From NCBI GenBank assembly GCA_032128115.1, contig JAQBHB010000093.1, positions 32,001-96,000 on the forward strand: a stretch of DNA of 64,000 nt, in the 5' to 3' direction. The translations under genes were made by a program, and so were the position numbers. The stretch comes from Deltaproteobacteria bacterium (GTDB taxonomy: Bacteria > Myxococcota_A > UBA9160 > SMWR01). This document shows, piece by piece, positions 9,523 through 18,794 of this stretch; the first letter of the stretch is position 1; each line of letters begins with the position of its first letter. The notes below the pieces were generated by a model. That model made no database searches. It was not told where the DNA came from and worked only from the letters and a program-made list of their open reading frames with translations.

Positions 9523-10485
9523 ATGTGGCTCGATGCAATCGCCCTGTCGGTCCTGGGCCTCTATACGGGAATGGGGGTCCATCGGGGCGGCCTTGCCAGC
9601 GCCATGGGTCTGATCATCCTGGCCGTGTCGTACACCGCCGCCATCGTCGCGGCCACCCGGTTCGGTCCCGTATTCGCGCGCCAGCTCGACATGGCGGAGT
9701 TCCTGGGGCTGCCCATCGTGAGCACGATTGCTTTCATCCTGGTCTACGCGGTCCTGAGCGTGCTGGGCCGCGTGCTGCAGCGCAGGTCGGAGGAGCGCCG
9801 CCGTGGTCATCCGCGCTCGCCCCGCGATCGCTTCGTGGGCGGCCTGGTGGGTTTCGCGCGCGGGGGTCTGGTGGTGATCTTGATGGCCTGGCTGGCCCTT
9901 TGGGTCGACGCCCTGCGCGTGACCGGCACCTTCGAGAGCCTGCCGAGCCTGGACGGTTCCACTGCGGCGGCCATCACGGGCAACGTGGTGGAGGCCGGCG
10001 TGGCCGCATCGCTGTCGGATGCCGGCGCTGCGGGCCCGTTCATGGCGCGCATGGTGGCGAGGCCGGGGGCCGCGGTCCAGGATCTGCAGGAATTGGTGGA
10101 CGACCCCGGCGTCGAACGCCTGCGCCAGGATCCCATGTTCTGGACGTACGTGGAAAACGGCGCCGTAGACTCGGCCCTCAACCAGCCGAGTTTTCTGCGC
10201 CTCGCCAACGACACGGACCTCCGCCAGCGACTGGCCGGCATGGGATTGATCGAACCCGAGGCCGCCGTCAGCCCCGCCGCGTTCCGCCGCGCCGTCGCCC
10301 CGGTGATGAAGGACGTGGGAACGCGTCTGCAGGGAATCCGCAATGACCCGGCTCTGCAGGAGCTGATGAAGGACCCGGAGGTGGCGGCCCTGGTGCAGGA
10401 GGGTGACACCATGGCGCTGGTCGCCCATCCGGGGTTCCGCCGATTGGTGTCGCGAGTGGCGTCAAATTCGGACGGAGCGAACTGA
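9523..10485 (+). CDS. CvpA (colicin V production) family membrane protein with soluble C-terminal extension
   Basis: N-terminal WLDAIAL...GVHRG and DRFVGGLVGFARG, typical of CvpA. Confidence 0.75.
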   Translation: MWLDAIALSVLGLYTGMGVHRGGLASAMGLIILAVSYTAAIVAATRFGPVFARQLDMAEFLGLPIVSTIAFILVYAVLSVLGRVLQRRSEERRRGHPRSPRDRFVGGLVGFARGGLVVILMAWLALWVDALRVTGTFESLPSLDGSTAAAITGNVVEAGVAASLSDAGAAGPFMARMVARPGAAVQDLQELVDDPGVERLRQDPMFWTYVENGAVDSALNQPSFLRLANDTDLRQRLAGMGLIEPEAAVSPAAFRRAVAPVMKDVGTRLQGIRNDPALQELMKDPEVAALVQEGDTMALVAHPGFRRLVSRVASNSDGAN

Positions 10486-10508
10486 GTCGTTTCCGCTTGC
10501 GAGCGCGC

Positions 10509-11204
10509 TCAGGCCTCGCTCGTCTTGGCTTCGTGGGCCGTGGCGGATGGCTGCGTTCCGCGGCCCGTCGCCAGGTTCTCGGGCGACACGAGTCCCGCCG
10601 ACATCACCAGCTTGAAGGCGTCTTCCACGCTGATATCCACCTCGCGAATCTCGTCCTCGGGCACCAGCAGGAAGAAACCAGAGGTCGGGTTCGGGGTCGT
10701 GGGCAGGAAGCAGTTGATCGTGGGTCCGCCCGTGGCCGCTCGCACGGGGCCACGGGTCGGGCCCGTGGTGAAGGCCAGAGCCCAGACGCCCTTGCGCGGG
10801 TACTCCACGAGCACCACTCGATTGAAGCGCGCCGTCTGGCTCGAGCGGAAGATCGCCTCGAACAGCTGCTTGACCCCGTTGTAGATGTTTCGCGCCACGG
10901 GCACGCGCGACAGCAGTCGCTCCCCCATGCGCACCAGCTCGCCGCCGAACAGGTGGCGGGCCACCACGCCAAGCAGGATGATCACCAGGAAGGTGAAGAG
11001 GGCTCCCACCAGGAACAGGCGCGGCGGGTCTTCGACCCCGGGCAGCAGCAGCCTCAGCAGGTGGGGCAGCAGCAGATCGTCGAGTTGGCGGATGATCCAG
11101 GCGGTGGCCCAGACCGTGACGCCGATGGGCGCAAAGACCAGCACTCCGGCGACGAAATAGCGTCGGATCGCTTCGAGGATCCAGTTGAGCAGGCCGCGCA
11201 GCAT
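10509..11204 (-). CDS. DUF502 family membrane protein
   Basis: RVVLVEYPRKG, FLPTTPNPTSGF, SVEDAFKLVMSAG. Confidence 0.9.
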   Translation of the reverse strand: MLRGLLNWILEAIRRYFVAGVLVFAPIGVTVWATAWIIRQLDDLLLPHLLRLLLPGVEDPPRLFLVGALFTFLVIILLGVVARHLFGGELVRMGERLLSRVPVARNIYNGVKQLFEAIFRSSQTARFNRVVLVEYPRKGVWALAFTTGPTRGPVRAATGGPTINCFLPTTPNPTSGFFLLVPEDEIREVDISVEDAFKLVMSAGLVSPENLATGRGTQPSATAHEAKTSEA

Positions 11205-11209
11205 GCGGT

Positions 11210-11338
11210 CTAGAAGAGCGGGACTTCCCCGTCCGGCGCGTAGGCCGTGATCTCGCAGTCGAGCGGGATCACTTCGAAGCTCGGGGGGGCGTAGCCCGAA
11301 GACTCGGGCCGCCGGTCTCGTGTGGACTCGTCGTTCAT
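11210..11338 (-). CDS. pqqA: 42-aa PqqA-like RiPP precursor peptide (not in ORF track)
   Basis: MNDESTRDRRPESSGYAPPSFEVIPLDCEITAYAPDGEVPLF*. Aromatic-x-x-P-x-F leader followed by E-x-x-x-Y core. Fills the gap between the sulfotransferase and DUF502; TAGAAT 7 nt upstream. Confidence 0.7.
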   Translation of the reverse strand: MNDESTRDRRPESSGYAPPSFEVIPLDCEITAYAPDGEVPLF

Positions 11339-11345
11339 GGCGGCG

Positions 11346-11351
11346 ATTCTA
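11346..11351 (-). promoter_or_regulatory. Putative -10 box (TAGAAT) for a leaderless transcript of the small peptide
   Basis: TAGAAT-CGCCGCC-ATG with no Shine-Dalgarno sequence. Confidence 0.5.
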
Positions 11352-11363
11352 GCCCACCCGGCG

Positions 11364-12377
11364 TCAGCGCAACAGCACGTCGCAGGCCTGGCGGATGCGC
11401 CGGATCAGCCTTCCGAAGGCGTTGTGGTGGATGTTGCGACGCAAAACGATCAACAGCTTGCGTTCGAGCTTGTATCGAGACAGACCGCCGGCTCTGGAGC
11501 GCGCCGCCCCGGTGTCGACGGCGGCCAGCTGGGCCTCCAACTCGTCGCGAGGGTAGCCCCAGGTCGAGAGGTCCTCATCGCTGAGGCTCGCAAGGATGCG
11601 TTGAGCGCGTTCCACTGCGCCCGGGTTGCCGGCCATGTCCTGCTGCCAGCGCGAGATCGAAGCGGTGATGGGTCGCTTCTCGCGCGCCACGGTGATGGGG
11701 TCGCCCAGTCCGCGCACCGACCGGGCGGCGCCGGCATCGCTGCTGCCGTAATCCACCATTCCCGGCTCGAACTCGAGCCCGGCGAACTGACACAGCGTCC
11801 GCATCTGGGCGTCCGGCTCCGCGACCAGCTCCTCGTAGCGCACCTGGTGCACGGGGGCCGGGCGTTCGCGCAGGAAGCGCGCCATGGCCGGGACGTAGCG
11901 CTCGAGCAACGGGTTGTGATCGTGGGCGGCTTCGTGGTCGCCGTCGAAGAAGGACTGGACGAACGACGACCATATCGCCAATGGATTTCGCGTGAGCACC
12001 ACGTAACGGGAGCGCGGATACAGCCGTGCCGCGAAGTCGAGGACCAATGCGTAGGCCGGAGTCTTGTCAAGCAGCACGCGACGTCCGGATGCCTCGAGCA
12101 GACGCGAGTAGATGGCGTCCGTGTAGGCCCGAAGCGAGGCCAGGTAGTCCTGTTCTCCATCGGGCAGGGCGGCCACCAGCTCTCGAATCGCCGCGCGGGT
12201 GATGATGGGATCGTACGGCGCCTGCTGGACGCTCTCGTAGTAGCCCAGGTGTGCCAGGGGCGTCAGCAGGTGAGGCTCGGGTGGAGAGGCCACGGCCGAG
12301 TGGGCGCCAAGCATCCGCGCCAGCAGGGTGGACCCGGACCGCGGCGGTCCGATGACGAAGAGGATCTGTTCGTCCAC
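11364..12377 (-). CDS. PAPS-dependent sulfotransferase (Sulfotransfer_3-like)
   Basis: FVIGPPRSGSTLL (5'-PSB), LDKTP, LTRNPLAIWSS (3'-PB), VRYEELV. Start inferred at GTG 12377. Confidence 0.9.
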   Translation of the reverse strand: MDEQILFVIGPPRSGSTLLARMLGAHSAVASPPEPHLLTPLAHLGYYESVQQAPYDPIITRAAIRELVAALPDGEQDYLASLRAYTDAIYSRLLEASGRRVLLDKTPAYALVLDFAARLYPRSRYVVLTRNPLAIWSSFVQSFFDGDHEAAHDHNPLLERYVPAMARFLRERPAPVHQVRYEELVAEPDAQMRTLCQFAGLEFEPGMVDYGSSDAGAARSVRGLGDPITVAREKRPITASISRWQQDMAGNPGAVERAQRILASLSDEDLSTWGYPRDELEAQLAAVDTGAARSRAGGLSRYKLERKLLIVLRRNIHHNAFGRLIRRIRQACDVLLR

Positions 12378-12385
12378 GCCGGAGC

Positions 12386-13741
12386 TCAGCTGTCGAAGCC
12401 GTTTTCCGCCGCGACGCGCCCGTACCAGCGGCCCGACTCCTTGAGGGTCCGCTCGGTCCCGGGAAAGTCCACCCAGGCCAGCCCGAATCGTTGGCGGTAG
12501 CCCTCGGACCACTCGAAGTTGTCCAGCAGTGTCCAGGCGTGATAGCCGCGCACGTCCGCTCCGTCTGCGATGGCCCGGGCCACTGCAGCCAGGTAGCCGC
12601 GATAGAAATCGATGCGCCGGCTGTCGCGGATCGTTCCCGACGCGTCCGGGGCGTCCGCATACGAGCAGCCGTTCTCGGTGATCTCGATGACGGGCCGGTC
12701 GTAGTCGCGGGTGATGCGCTGGATCATGTCGTAGAGCGCGTCCGGCCAGACCTCCCAGCCGAAGTCGGTTTTCGGACCCTCGTCGCCCCCCATGGGCCCC
12801 ACGGCCTGGGCGCCCACGCCGTAGGGGTCGTCAGGATTCGCGGCCACCAGGGTGCGCGTGTAGAGATTGATCCCGATGAAATCGAGCGGCGTGCGCAGCG
12901 ACTCCAGGTCGCCGTCGCGCACTCCCATGCGGTCCAGGGGAACACCGTCCACGAAGGCGTCCGGGTAGCGACCGTTCAACGCCGTCTCCAGGTACCAGAG
13001 GTTCACGAGCGCGTGCCAGCGCTCGGCCGCGCTGGCGTCGGCCTCCGAGTCGCCGGCCGGCTCGCAGCTGGACATGCTGAAGGCGGTTCCAATCACCGCG
13101 TCCCCGCGCACGGAGCGCATGGCCCGGAAGGCCTCGGCCTGGGCCCGGTTCACCGTGTGGCTGGCGCGCAGGAAGGCATCCAGGTCCCGGCGCCCGGGCG
13201 CGTGGATGCCGGCCAGGTAGCCCATGACCGTGAAGATCGTGGGCTCGTTGAAGATCATCCAGTTCTCGACCCGGTCGCCCAGGGCCCTGACCACGGTCTC
13301 GGCGTAATCGGCAAAGTGCCCGGCCATGTCGCGTTCAGGCCAGCCGCCGCGATCCTCCAGGGGCTGGGGCAGGTCCCAGTGATAAAGAGTGGGAAAGGGG
13401 CGGATCCCCGCCCCGAGCAGTTCGTCCACCAGGCGGCTGTAGTAGTCGATTCCCTTGGCGTTGACCGCGCCCGATCCGGTGGGGAGGATGCGGGGCCAGG
13501 AGATCGAGAACCGATAGCTGTTGAGGTTCATCTCCTTCATCAGGGAGATGTCGTCGTCGTAGCGGTGGTAGGAATCACAGGCCACGTCGCCCGTGTCGCC
13601 GTTCTCGACCCGGCCCGGGGTGTGGGTGAAGCGATCCCAGATCGACTCGCCCTTGCCGTCGTCCCGCCAGGCTCCCTCGATCTGGTAGGAAGCCGTGGCC
13701 GTGCCCCAGTGGAAGCCTTCGGGAAAGCGTACCCGCGTCAT
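12386..13741 (-). CDS. GH1 beta-glucosidase
   Basis: FHWGTATASYQIEG, YRFSISWPR, NEP acid/base, ITENG nucleophile, DNFEW. Confidence 0.95.
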   Translation of the reverse strand: MTRVRFPEGFHWGTATASYQIEGAWRDDGKGESIWDRFTHTPGRVENGDTGDVACDSYHRYDDDISLMKEMNLNSYRFSISWPRILPTGSGAVNAKGIDYYSRLVDELLGAGIRPFPTLYHWDLPQPLEDRGGWPERDMAGHFADYAETVVRALGDRVENWMIFNEPTIFTVMGYLAGIHAPGRRDLDAFLRASHTVNRAQAEAFRAMRSVRGDAVIGTAFSMSSCEPAGDSEADASAAERWHALVNLWYLETALNGRYPDAFVDGVPLDRMGVRDGDLESLRTPLDFIGINLYTRTLVAANPDDPYGVGAQAVGPMGGDEGPKTDFGWEVWPDALYDMIQRITRDYDRPVIEITENGCSYADAPDASGTIRDSRRIDFYRGYLAAVARAIADGADVRGYHAWTLLDNFEWSEGYRQRFGLAWVDFPGTERTLKESGRWYGRVAAENGFDS

Positions 13742-13848
13742 CTGTCACCTCTCCTCTGGCGGCGCCGAGGAAATCATCATACTCGCCGGCGCGGGCCCGG
13801 GCTCCCAGGGGGCTCCCATTTCTGTAGCTTCGCGGGTCAGGTGTTGCG

Positions 13849-14928
13849 GTGAGCGGGGAGCAGAAGCGCCGAAGCGAGCGGGCCAAGGGCCTGGCCCTGG
13901 CCCTGGGCTTCGACCTGGCCGGCGTGGCCCGCGCACTTCCCACTCCCGAAACCGAGTTCCTGCGCGATTGGTTGGCGCGCGGCTATGCAGGCGAGATGGG
14001 TTATCTGGCCCGACGGGTCGACGAGCGGGTGGATCCGCGTCGCGTTCTCGAAGGGGCTCGCAGCGTGGTGGCGGTGGGTCTCGTTTACGACCCGGGACCC
14101 CGCGATCCGACCCGCCCGGGGGAGGGCGACGTGGCTCGCTACGCCGGGGGCGAGGACTACCACGACGTGATGGGCGATCGCCTGCGCGCCCTGGAATCGG
14201 GCCTCGAGGCCCTCGTGCCCGAGCCGGTCCGGACCCGCAGCTATGTGGACACCGGCCCGGTCCAGGAACGGGTCTTCGCGGCCCATGCCGGACTGGGATG
14301 GATCGGCAAGAACACGTGCCTGATCCATCCAGCTCTGGGGTCGTACGTGTTCCTCGGCGTGGTGCTCACCGACCTGGAGATGGAGCCTGACGCCCGCGAA
14401 CCGGACCACTGCGGCAGCTGCCGCGCCTGCCTCGACGCGTGTCCGACCGATGCGTTTGCCGCGCCCCATGTGCTCGATGCCACCCGCTGCATCTCGTACA
14501 CCACGATCGAAGCGCGGGGGGCCATCGATCCGGCGCTTCGGTCGGGGCAGGGCGACCGGGTGTTCGGCTGCGACGTGTGTCAGGAAGTGTGCCCCTGGAA
14601 CCTGCGCGAACGCCGCCAGGTGCCACCCGATACCCAGGGGCTGCGCCGGAGGCTGCGGCCGCGTCCCGAGTGGGTGCGGCCCTCCTTGCGCTGGATCCTG
14701 GAGCTTTCGGAAGAAGAATGGCGGGGCGCTACGCACGCCACGGCCGTGGGCCGTGCTCGCTTCCGCGGCCTGATGCGCAATGCCCTGGTGGCCGCCGGCA
14801 ACTCGGGCGATGGGAAGCTCGCAGACTCCATCCGCCGCCATGTCCAGGGAGGCGACCCGTTGCTGGAAGAGCACGCGCGTTGGGCACTCGATCGGCTTGG
14901 CGAGGTCGCGGAGGGTCGACCCGACTGA
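13849..14928 (+). CDS. queG: Epoxyqueuosine reductase
   Basis: VARYA..DYH, VDTGPVQER, GWIGKN, CGSCRACLDACP, GCDVCQEVCPWN. Confidence 0.95.
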   Translation: MSGEQKRRSERAKGLALALGFDLAGVARALPTPETEFLRDWLARGYAGEMGYLARRVDERVDPRRVLEGARSVVAVGLVYDPGPRDPTRPGEGDVARYAGGEDYHDVMGDRLRALESGLEALVPEPVRTRSYVDTGPVQERVFAAHAGLGWIGKNTCLIHPALGSYVFLGVVLTDLEMEPDAREPDHCGSCRACLDACPTDAFAAPHVLDATRCISYTTIEARGAIDPALRSGQGDRVFGCDVCQEVCPWNLRERRQVPPDTQGLRRRLRPRPEWVRPSLRWILELSEEEWRGATHATAVGRARFRGLMRNALVAAGNSGDGKLADSIRRHVQGGDPLLEEHARWALDRLGEVAEGRPD

Positions 14929-14940
14929 GCCCGAGATCAG

Positions 14941-15000
14941 CGGCGCTCCCTTCGGGCTGCCAGCTCTCCCTTCGGGCTACCAGCTCTCCCTTCGGGCTAC
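14941..15000. repeat. 20-bp tandem repeat x3 (CAGCTCTCCCTTCGGGCTAC)
   Basis: Two exact copies and one degenerate copy, spanning the methyltransferase stop codon. Confidence 0.9.
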
Positions 15001-15516
15001 CAACTGGGCGACGGCTTTCGGCCGGTCGCCCTCGGTGAGCCCCTCCCAGAAGTGGAGCACTGCCAGGTCGGGGAACAGCTCCCGAAGCTCGCCCGGCCTC
15101 AACAGGAAGTCGGGGTTGCTCGGGCCCCAGCCCAGCTCCGGCTGGCGGGTCGTAAAGGTCTCGTAGAGCAGCAGCCCGCCCGGTGCGAGCAGGTCGCTGA
15201 GGCCTGGCGCCAGCGCGCGAAACAGGAAGCGAAACACGAGAATTACTCCACAACTACCTGATCGGATAGGGATTCCATGCCCGCTCTCGAGATCGGCTCG
15301 GACCGGATGAATGGGCAGGTGGTGCTGGCGAGCGGTGTTTTGCAGCGCGGCCAGCGCTTCCGGATCTCGATCCAGGGCCACTACGCGCGCGCCCAGCTCG
15401 GCTGCGGCCAGGGCGTGGCGACCACGTCCACAAGCCAAGTCGAGGACGGGGCCTCGAGCCGCTGCTTCGGCCAGACGCGATGACTCGGACCGAAGGAACG
15501 CGGAGGCCGCGGTCAC
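14977..15516 (-). CDS. Class I SAM-dependent methyltransferase (TehB-like)
   Basis: VLDLACGRGRH, LAPGGLLLYETF, NPDFLLRPGEL. Confidence 0.85.
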   Translation of the reverse strand: MTAASAFLRSESSRLAEAAARGPVLDLACGRGRHALAAAELGARVVALDRDPEALAALQNTARQHHLPIHPVRADLESGHGIPIRSGSCGVILVFRFLFRALAPGLSDLLAPGGLLLYETFTTRQPELGWGPSNPDFLLRPGELRELFPDLAVLHFWEGLTEGDRPKAVAQLVARRESW

Positions 15517-16328
15517 CCCGCGCTCGTTGCTCGCGCTTCCAGCAGGCCCGCCATCCGGGCCGGGTGGTCGGTCACCAGGCCGTCGACGCCCAGGTCGAGG
15601 AGCGCCTGCATCTCATCGGTTTCGTTGATGGTCCACACGTGCACGACCAGCCCGTGGGCGTGGGCGTGCTCGACAAAGAGCGGCGTCACGAGAGGGCGCT
15701 CGCCGAATGCGGCGGGGACCTGGAGCGCCATGGGCCCGGCCTTGGGCGCCGCGGCGTCCTGGGCCGAGCGGATGAAGTCGGTCACGTCCCGGGTGCAGGC
15801 GCCCTGGGCCACGCGCGATCCGCTGGCTTCGATCTGGGTGCGAAGGTCGAGCATCAAGGCGTCTTCCGCGGCGGTGAGCAGGGTGCGGTCCTCGCGGTCG
15901 GCCTTCGCCACCACTTCCAGGGTTCGCGTCACCAGGCCCGGAAGATCTTCCTTGAGTTCCAGGTTGAAACGCGCGCCCGGAAAGGCCTCCAGCGCCTCGA
16001 GAAGTGTAGGGATCACGAGACCTCGACCCCGGAACGGATGGCTCCTGCCGCCATCTGGCGTGAAGCGATAGCCCGCGTCGAGCCGCCGAAGCTCCTCCAG
16101 CGAGAAGTCCGCCACCCGGCCTTCGCCGTTGGTGTTGCGGTCGACCCGGTGGTCGTGGAGGAGCACCGGGACGCCGTCGCGGGTCAGGTGCACGTCGCTC
16201 TCGAGGATCGCAGCGCCCGCGGCCAGGCCCCGCGCAAACGATGCCAGGGTGTTCTCGGGTACCTCGCCGGCGCAGCCGCGATGGCCAATTACCGTGGGAA
16301 CCGCGATGTCGAAGAAGGGATGGGCCAC
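15513..16328 (-). CDS. Glycerophosphodiester phosphodiesterase
   Basis: IGHRG, PENT, LESDV, HD, VHVWTIN, GVDGLVTD. Confidence 0.93.
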   Translation of the reverse strand: MAHPFFDIAVPTVIGHRGCAGEVPENTLASFARGLAAGAAILESDVHLTRDGVPVLLHDHRVDRNTNGEGRVADFSLEELRRLDAGYRFTPDGGRSHPFRGRGLVIPTLLEALEAFPGARFNLELKEDLPGLVTRTLEVVAKADREDRTLLTAAEDALMLDLRTQIEASGSRVAQGACTRDVTDFIRSAQDAAAPKAGPMALQVPAAFGERPLVTPLFVEHAHAHGLVVHVWTINETDEMQALLDLGVDGLVTDHPARMAGLLEARATSAG

Positions 16329-16354
16329 GCCGATACGGTATCATGCGGCGCCCC

Positions 16355-16867
16355 ATGACCGTTCTCACGCGCGATGCGATTGTCGCCGAGCTCGATGCGG
16401 GGCGCGTCCAGATCTCCCCGTTCTCCCTCGACCAGCTGGGGGCCGCCTCCATCGACCTGACCCTGGGTGACGAGATCCGCGTGATCCAGCTCGACGCCAA
16501 ACCCATTGAGCTGCGCGACGATGCGGACTATCGCAACCACACCCGCATCGAACGCCTGGACGAGCCCTACGTGCTTGAGCCGGGTTGCACGATCCACGGA
16601 ATCACCAGGGAGCGCATCGTCCTGCCGCCCAATCTGTGCGGATTTCTCGAGGGAAGAAGTCGCTTTGCACGCCTGGGTCTGATGATCCACGTGACGTCTG
16701 CGTTCGTGCAGCCGGGGGTCGCGAACCGCCAGGTGTTGGAGATGAGCAATGTTTCCGGCCAGGCGCTCCGGATCCATCCGGGTGTGCGCCTGTGCCAGCT
16801 GGTCCTGATGCGCACGGAGGGTGAGGCCCGCTACAGCGGCCGCTTCGCGCAGCAGGATTCCCTGTAG
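16355..16867 (+). CDS. dcd: dCTP deaminase
   Basis: ASIDLTLG, EGRSRFARLGL, LEMSN, YSGRF. Start could be 16343 or 16355. Confidence 0.88.
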   Translation: MTVLTRDAIVAELDAGRVQISPFSLDQLGAASIDLTLGDEIRVIQLDAKPIELRDDADYRNHTRIERLDEPYVLEPGCTIHGITRERIVLPPNLCGFLEGRSRFARLGLMIHVTSAFVQPGVANRQVLEMSNVSGQALRIHPGVRLCQLVLMRTEGEARYSGRFAQQDSL

Positions 16868-16905
16868 GCTTGGCTCCACCCGCGGAGGCTTGACTCCACC
16901 CGCGG
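16866..16905. repeat. 20-bp tandem duplication x2 (AGGCTTG[G/A]CTCCACCCGCGG)
   Basis: Begins inside the dcd stop codon; 1 mismatch. Confidence 0.9.
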
Positions 16906-17006
16906 TAGCGGCATCATCACGCGCGGGGGGAATTCAATCCGGATCGTCCGGACAAGTTCTGGCAGCCGTGGGCCTGGTCCCGCAGCGAGCCGGTGAGGGG
17001 GGGGCT

Positions 17007-17372
17007 GTGACCGAATCGAGAAGACTCTGCCTTGCGCTTCTGACCTGTGCGTGCCTGTTGGCGCATCCGGGGTTCGCGCAGGCCAACGACGAGAATCTGG
17101 GCGAGGAAGGCGGGTGGGGTGCGCTCGCCGCTGTGAGTACGCTGGTCTACGGACCCGTGAAGGTCTGCTACGCGACGCTGGGTCTTGTGATCGGCGGCAT
17201 GGCGTGGGGCCTGACGGGAGGCGACGGTGAGGTGATGAAAACCGTCATCACCTCGAGCGTACGCGGTGACTACGTAGTGACTCCGGACCATCTGCGTGGG
17301 ACCAGGAGCCTGGAGTTCCTGGGCCGCGATCCGGCGTATCGGAACTCGGAGGTGGTCGCCGACTCCTGGTAG
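17007..17372 (+). CDS. Hypothetical secreted/membrane protein
   Basis: GTG start, signal peptide ending AQA, Gly-rich hydrophobic segment, GDYVVTPDHL. Confidence 0.7.
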   Translation: MTESRRLCLALLTCACLLAHPGFAQANDENLGEEGGWGALAAVSTLVYGPVKVCYATLGLVIGGMAWGLTGGDGEVMKTVITSSVRGDYVVTPDHLRGTRSLEFLGRDPAYRNSEVVADSW

Positions 17373-17391
17373 GAGTTCGAAGGGAGCCCCT

Positions 17392-17433
17392 CCCCCTAGG
17401 GGGCTTCTGGCACCCCCTAAGGGGATTCTGGCG
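17392..17433. repeat. 21-bp tandem duplication x2; first copy contains the palindrome CCCCCTAGGGGG
   Basis: CCCCCTAGGGGGCTTCTGGCA / CCCCCTAAGGGGATTCTGGCG upstream of ccdA. Confidence 0.75.
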
Positions 17434-17468
17434 CCCGCTGCCGCGAGCGGCGATCCTGTCCGGGCGTC

Positions 17469-18242
17469 ATGGCAGAACTGACCTCTCACGCGTATCTCGC
17501 GTTTGCGGCTGGCGTGTTGTCGGTGTTGTCTCCGTGTGTCCTTCCGCTGATGCCGGCGTACCTGTCGTTGGTGTCCGGTATTTCCGTGGAGGAGATGCGG
17601 CAGGGCGCCGGCGGCTCGGTTTTGCGTTCCCGGGTCTTGAAGGCCTGCCTGGGCTTCATCGCCGGCTTCTCCACGGTCTTCATCGTCATGGGCGTGGGCG
17701 CGGTCATGGTGGGCCACGTCCTGCGCACCTGGCGTGCCGAGGTATTCGGGATCGAGTTCGGGGCCGCGCAGATCGCGGGTGCCCTGATCGTCCTGTTGGG
17801 CTTGCACATGACGGGGATCACCCCGATCCGCGCGCTCTATCGCGACACGCGCTTCGCGGTGAACCTCAAGCAGCGCAGTGTGCTCAGCGCCTACCTGGTG
17901 GGGGCGGGCTTTTCCCTGGGCTGGTCGCCGTGCATCGGGCCGATCCTGGCGGGCATCCTGGGCATTGCGGGTTCGCGCGACACGGTGGTGGAAGGCGTGA
18001 TGCTATTGACGATCTATTCCGCGGGGCTCGGAATTCCGTTCTTGATCGCGGGTTGGAGCATCGAGTACTTCTTCCAGGCGTTCGACCGGATCAAGCGCCA
18101 CTTCCGCATGCTCGAGATCGCCTCCGGTGTGATCTTGATGGGAGTGGGATTGTTGATGGCGACGGATCAGTTCACGCGCCTCAACAGTGAGTTCAGATTC
18201 ATGAATGACCTGGTCAACGCAGCCGAGAAATGGCTTCAATGA
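17469..18242 (+). CDS. ccdA: Cytochrome c biogenesis / disulfide transporter CcdA
   Basis: LSPCVLPLMPAYL and WSPCIGPIL Cys motifs; about 6 TM helices. Confidence 0.93.
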   Translation: MAELTSHAYLAFAAGVLSVLSPCVLPLMPAYLSLVSGISVEEMRQGAGGSVLRSRVLKACLGFIAGFSTVFIVMGVGAVMVGHVLRTWRAEVFGIEFGAAQIAGALIVLLGLHMTGITPIRALYRDTRFAVNLKQRSVLSAYLVGAGFSLGWSPCIGPILAGILGIAGSRDTVVEGVMLLTIYSAGLGIPFLIAGWSIEYFFQAFDRIKRHFRMLEIASGVILMGVGLLMATDQFTRLNSEFRFMNDLVNAAEKWLQ

Positions 18243-18751
18243 GGCGACGCCTGTGGGTGGGTGTGCTGGGGCTGGCACTGGGGCTTGCCGCGTGCTCGCC
18301 GGTCGGGGAGGGCGGACGCGGCACGGGTGAGCCCGCTCCGGACTTCACGCTGCAGGATCTGAACGGCGTGCCGGTGACCCTGGCGGAGTTCCTGGGCAAG
18401 ACCGTCATCATCGACTTCTGGGCCACCTGGTGCCCACCCTGCCTCTTCCAGGTCCCGGAGCTCAACGAGTTCTGGGCTGCCCACAAGGACGGGGGCGAGG
18501 TCATGGTCCTCGGCGTGGCGGTCGACGTGGAGGGGGCCGAAATCGTGGGGCCCTGGGTGGCGGAGCAGAAGGTGGCGTACCGCATCCTGCTGGGGGAGGA
18601 GTCGCTGGCTCGGGAATTCGGAGCCATGGGCTTCCCCACGCTGGTGGTGGTGACACCCGACGGCCAGGTGGAATCGCGTCACGTGGGCCTGATGGAGGTG
18701 GCCGAGCTCGAGGAGATCCTGGCCGAGATCCAGGGCCGAGGCGCCACCTAA
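18239..18751 (+). CDS. TlpA/ResA-like thioredoxin lipoprotein
   Basis: Lipobox LAAC, APDFTL, FWATWCPPC, GFPT. Confidence 0.92.
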   Translation: MRRRLWVGVLGLALGLAACSPVGEGGRGTGEPAPDFTLQDLNGVPVTLAEFLGKTVIIDFWATWCPPCLFQVPELNEFWAAHKDGGEVMVLGVAVDVEGAEIVGPWVAEQKVAYRILLGEESLAREFGAMGFPTLVVVTPDGQVESRHVGLMEVAELEEILAEIQGRGAT

Positions 18752-18794
18752 AGGCCGCGGGGCGGAGCGCCGAAACCGCCCGCTGGGGGGATCC

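Noticed and set aside
14941..15000. Repeats as a mini-CRISPR array
   Set aside because: The units are directly adjacent with no spacers, and there are no cas genes.
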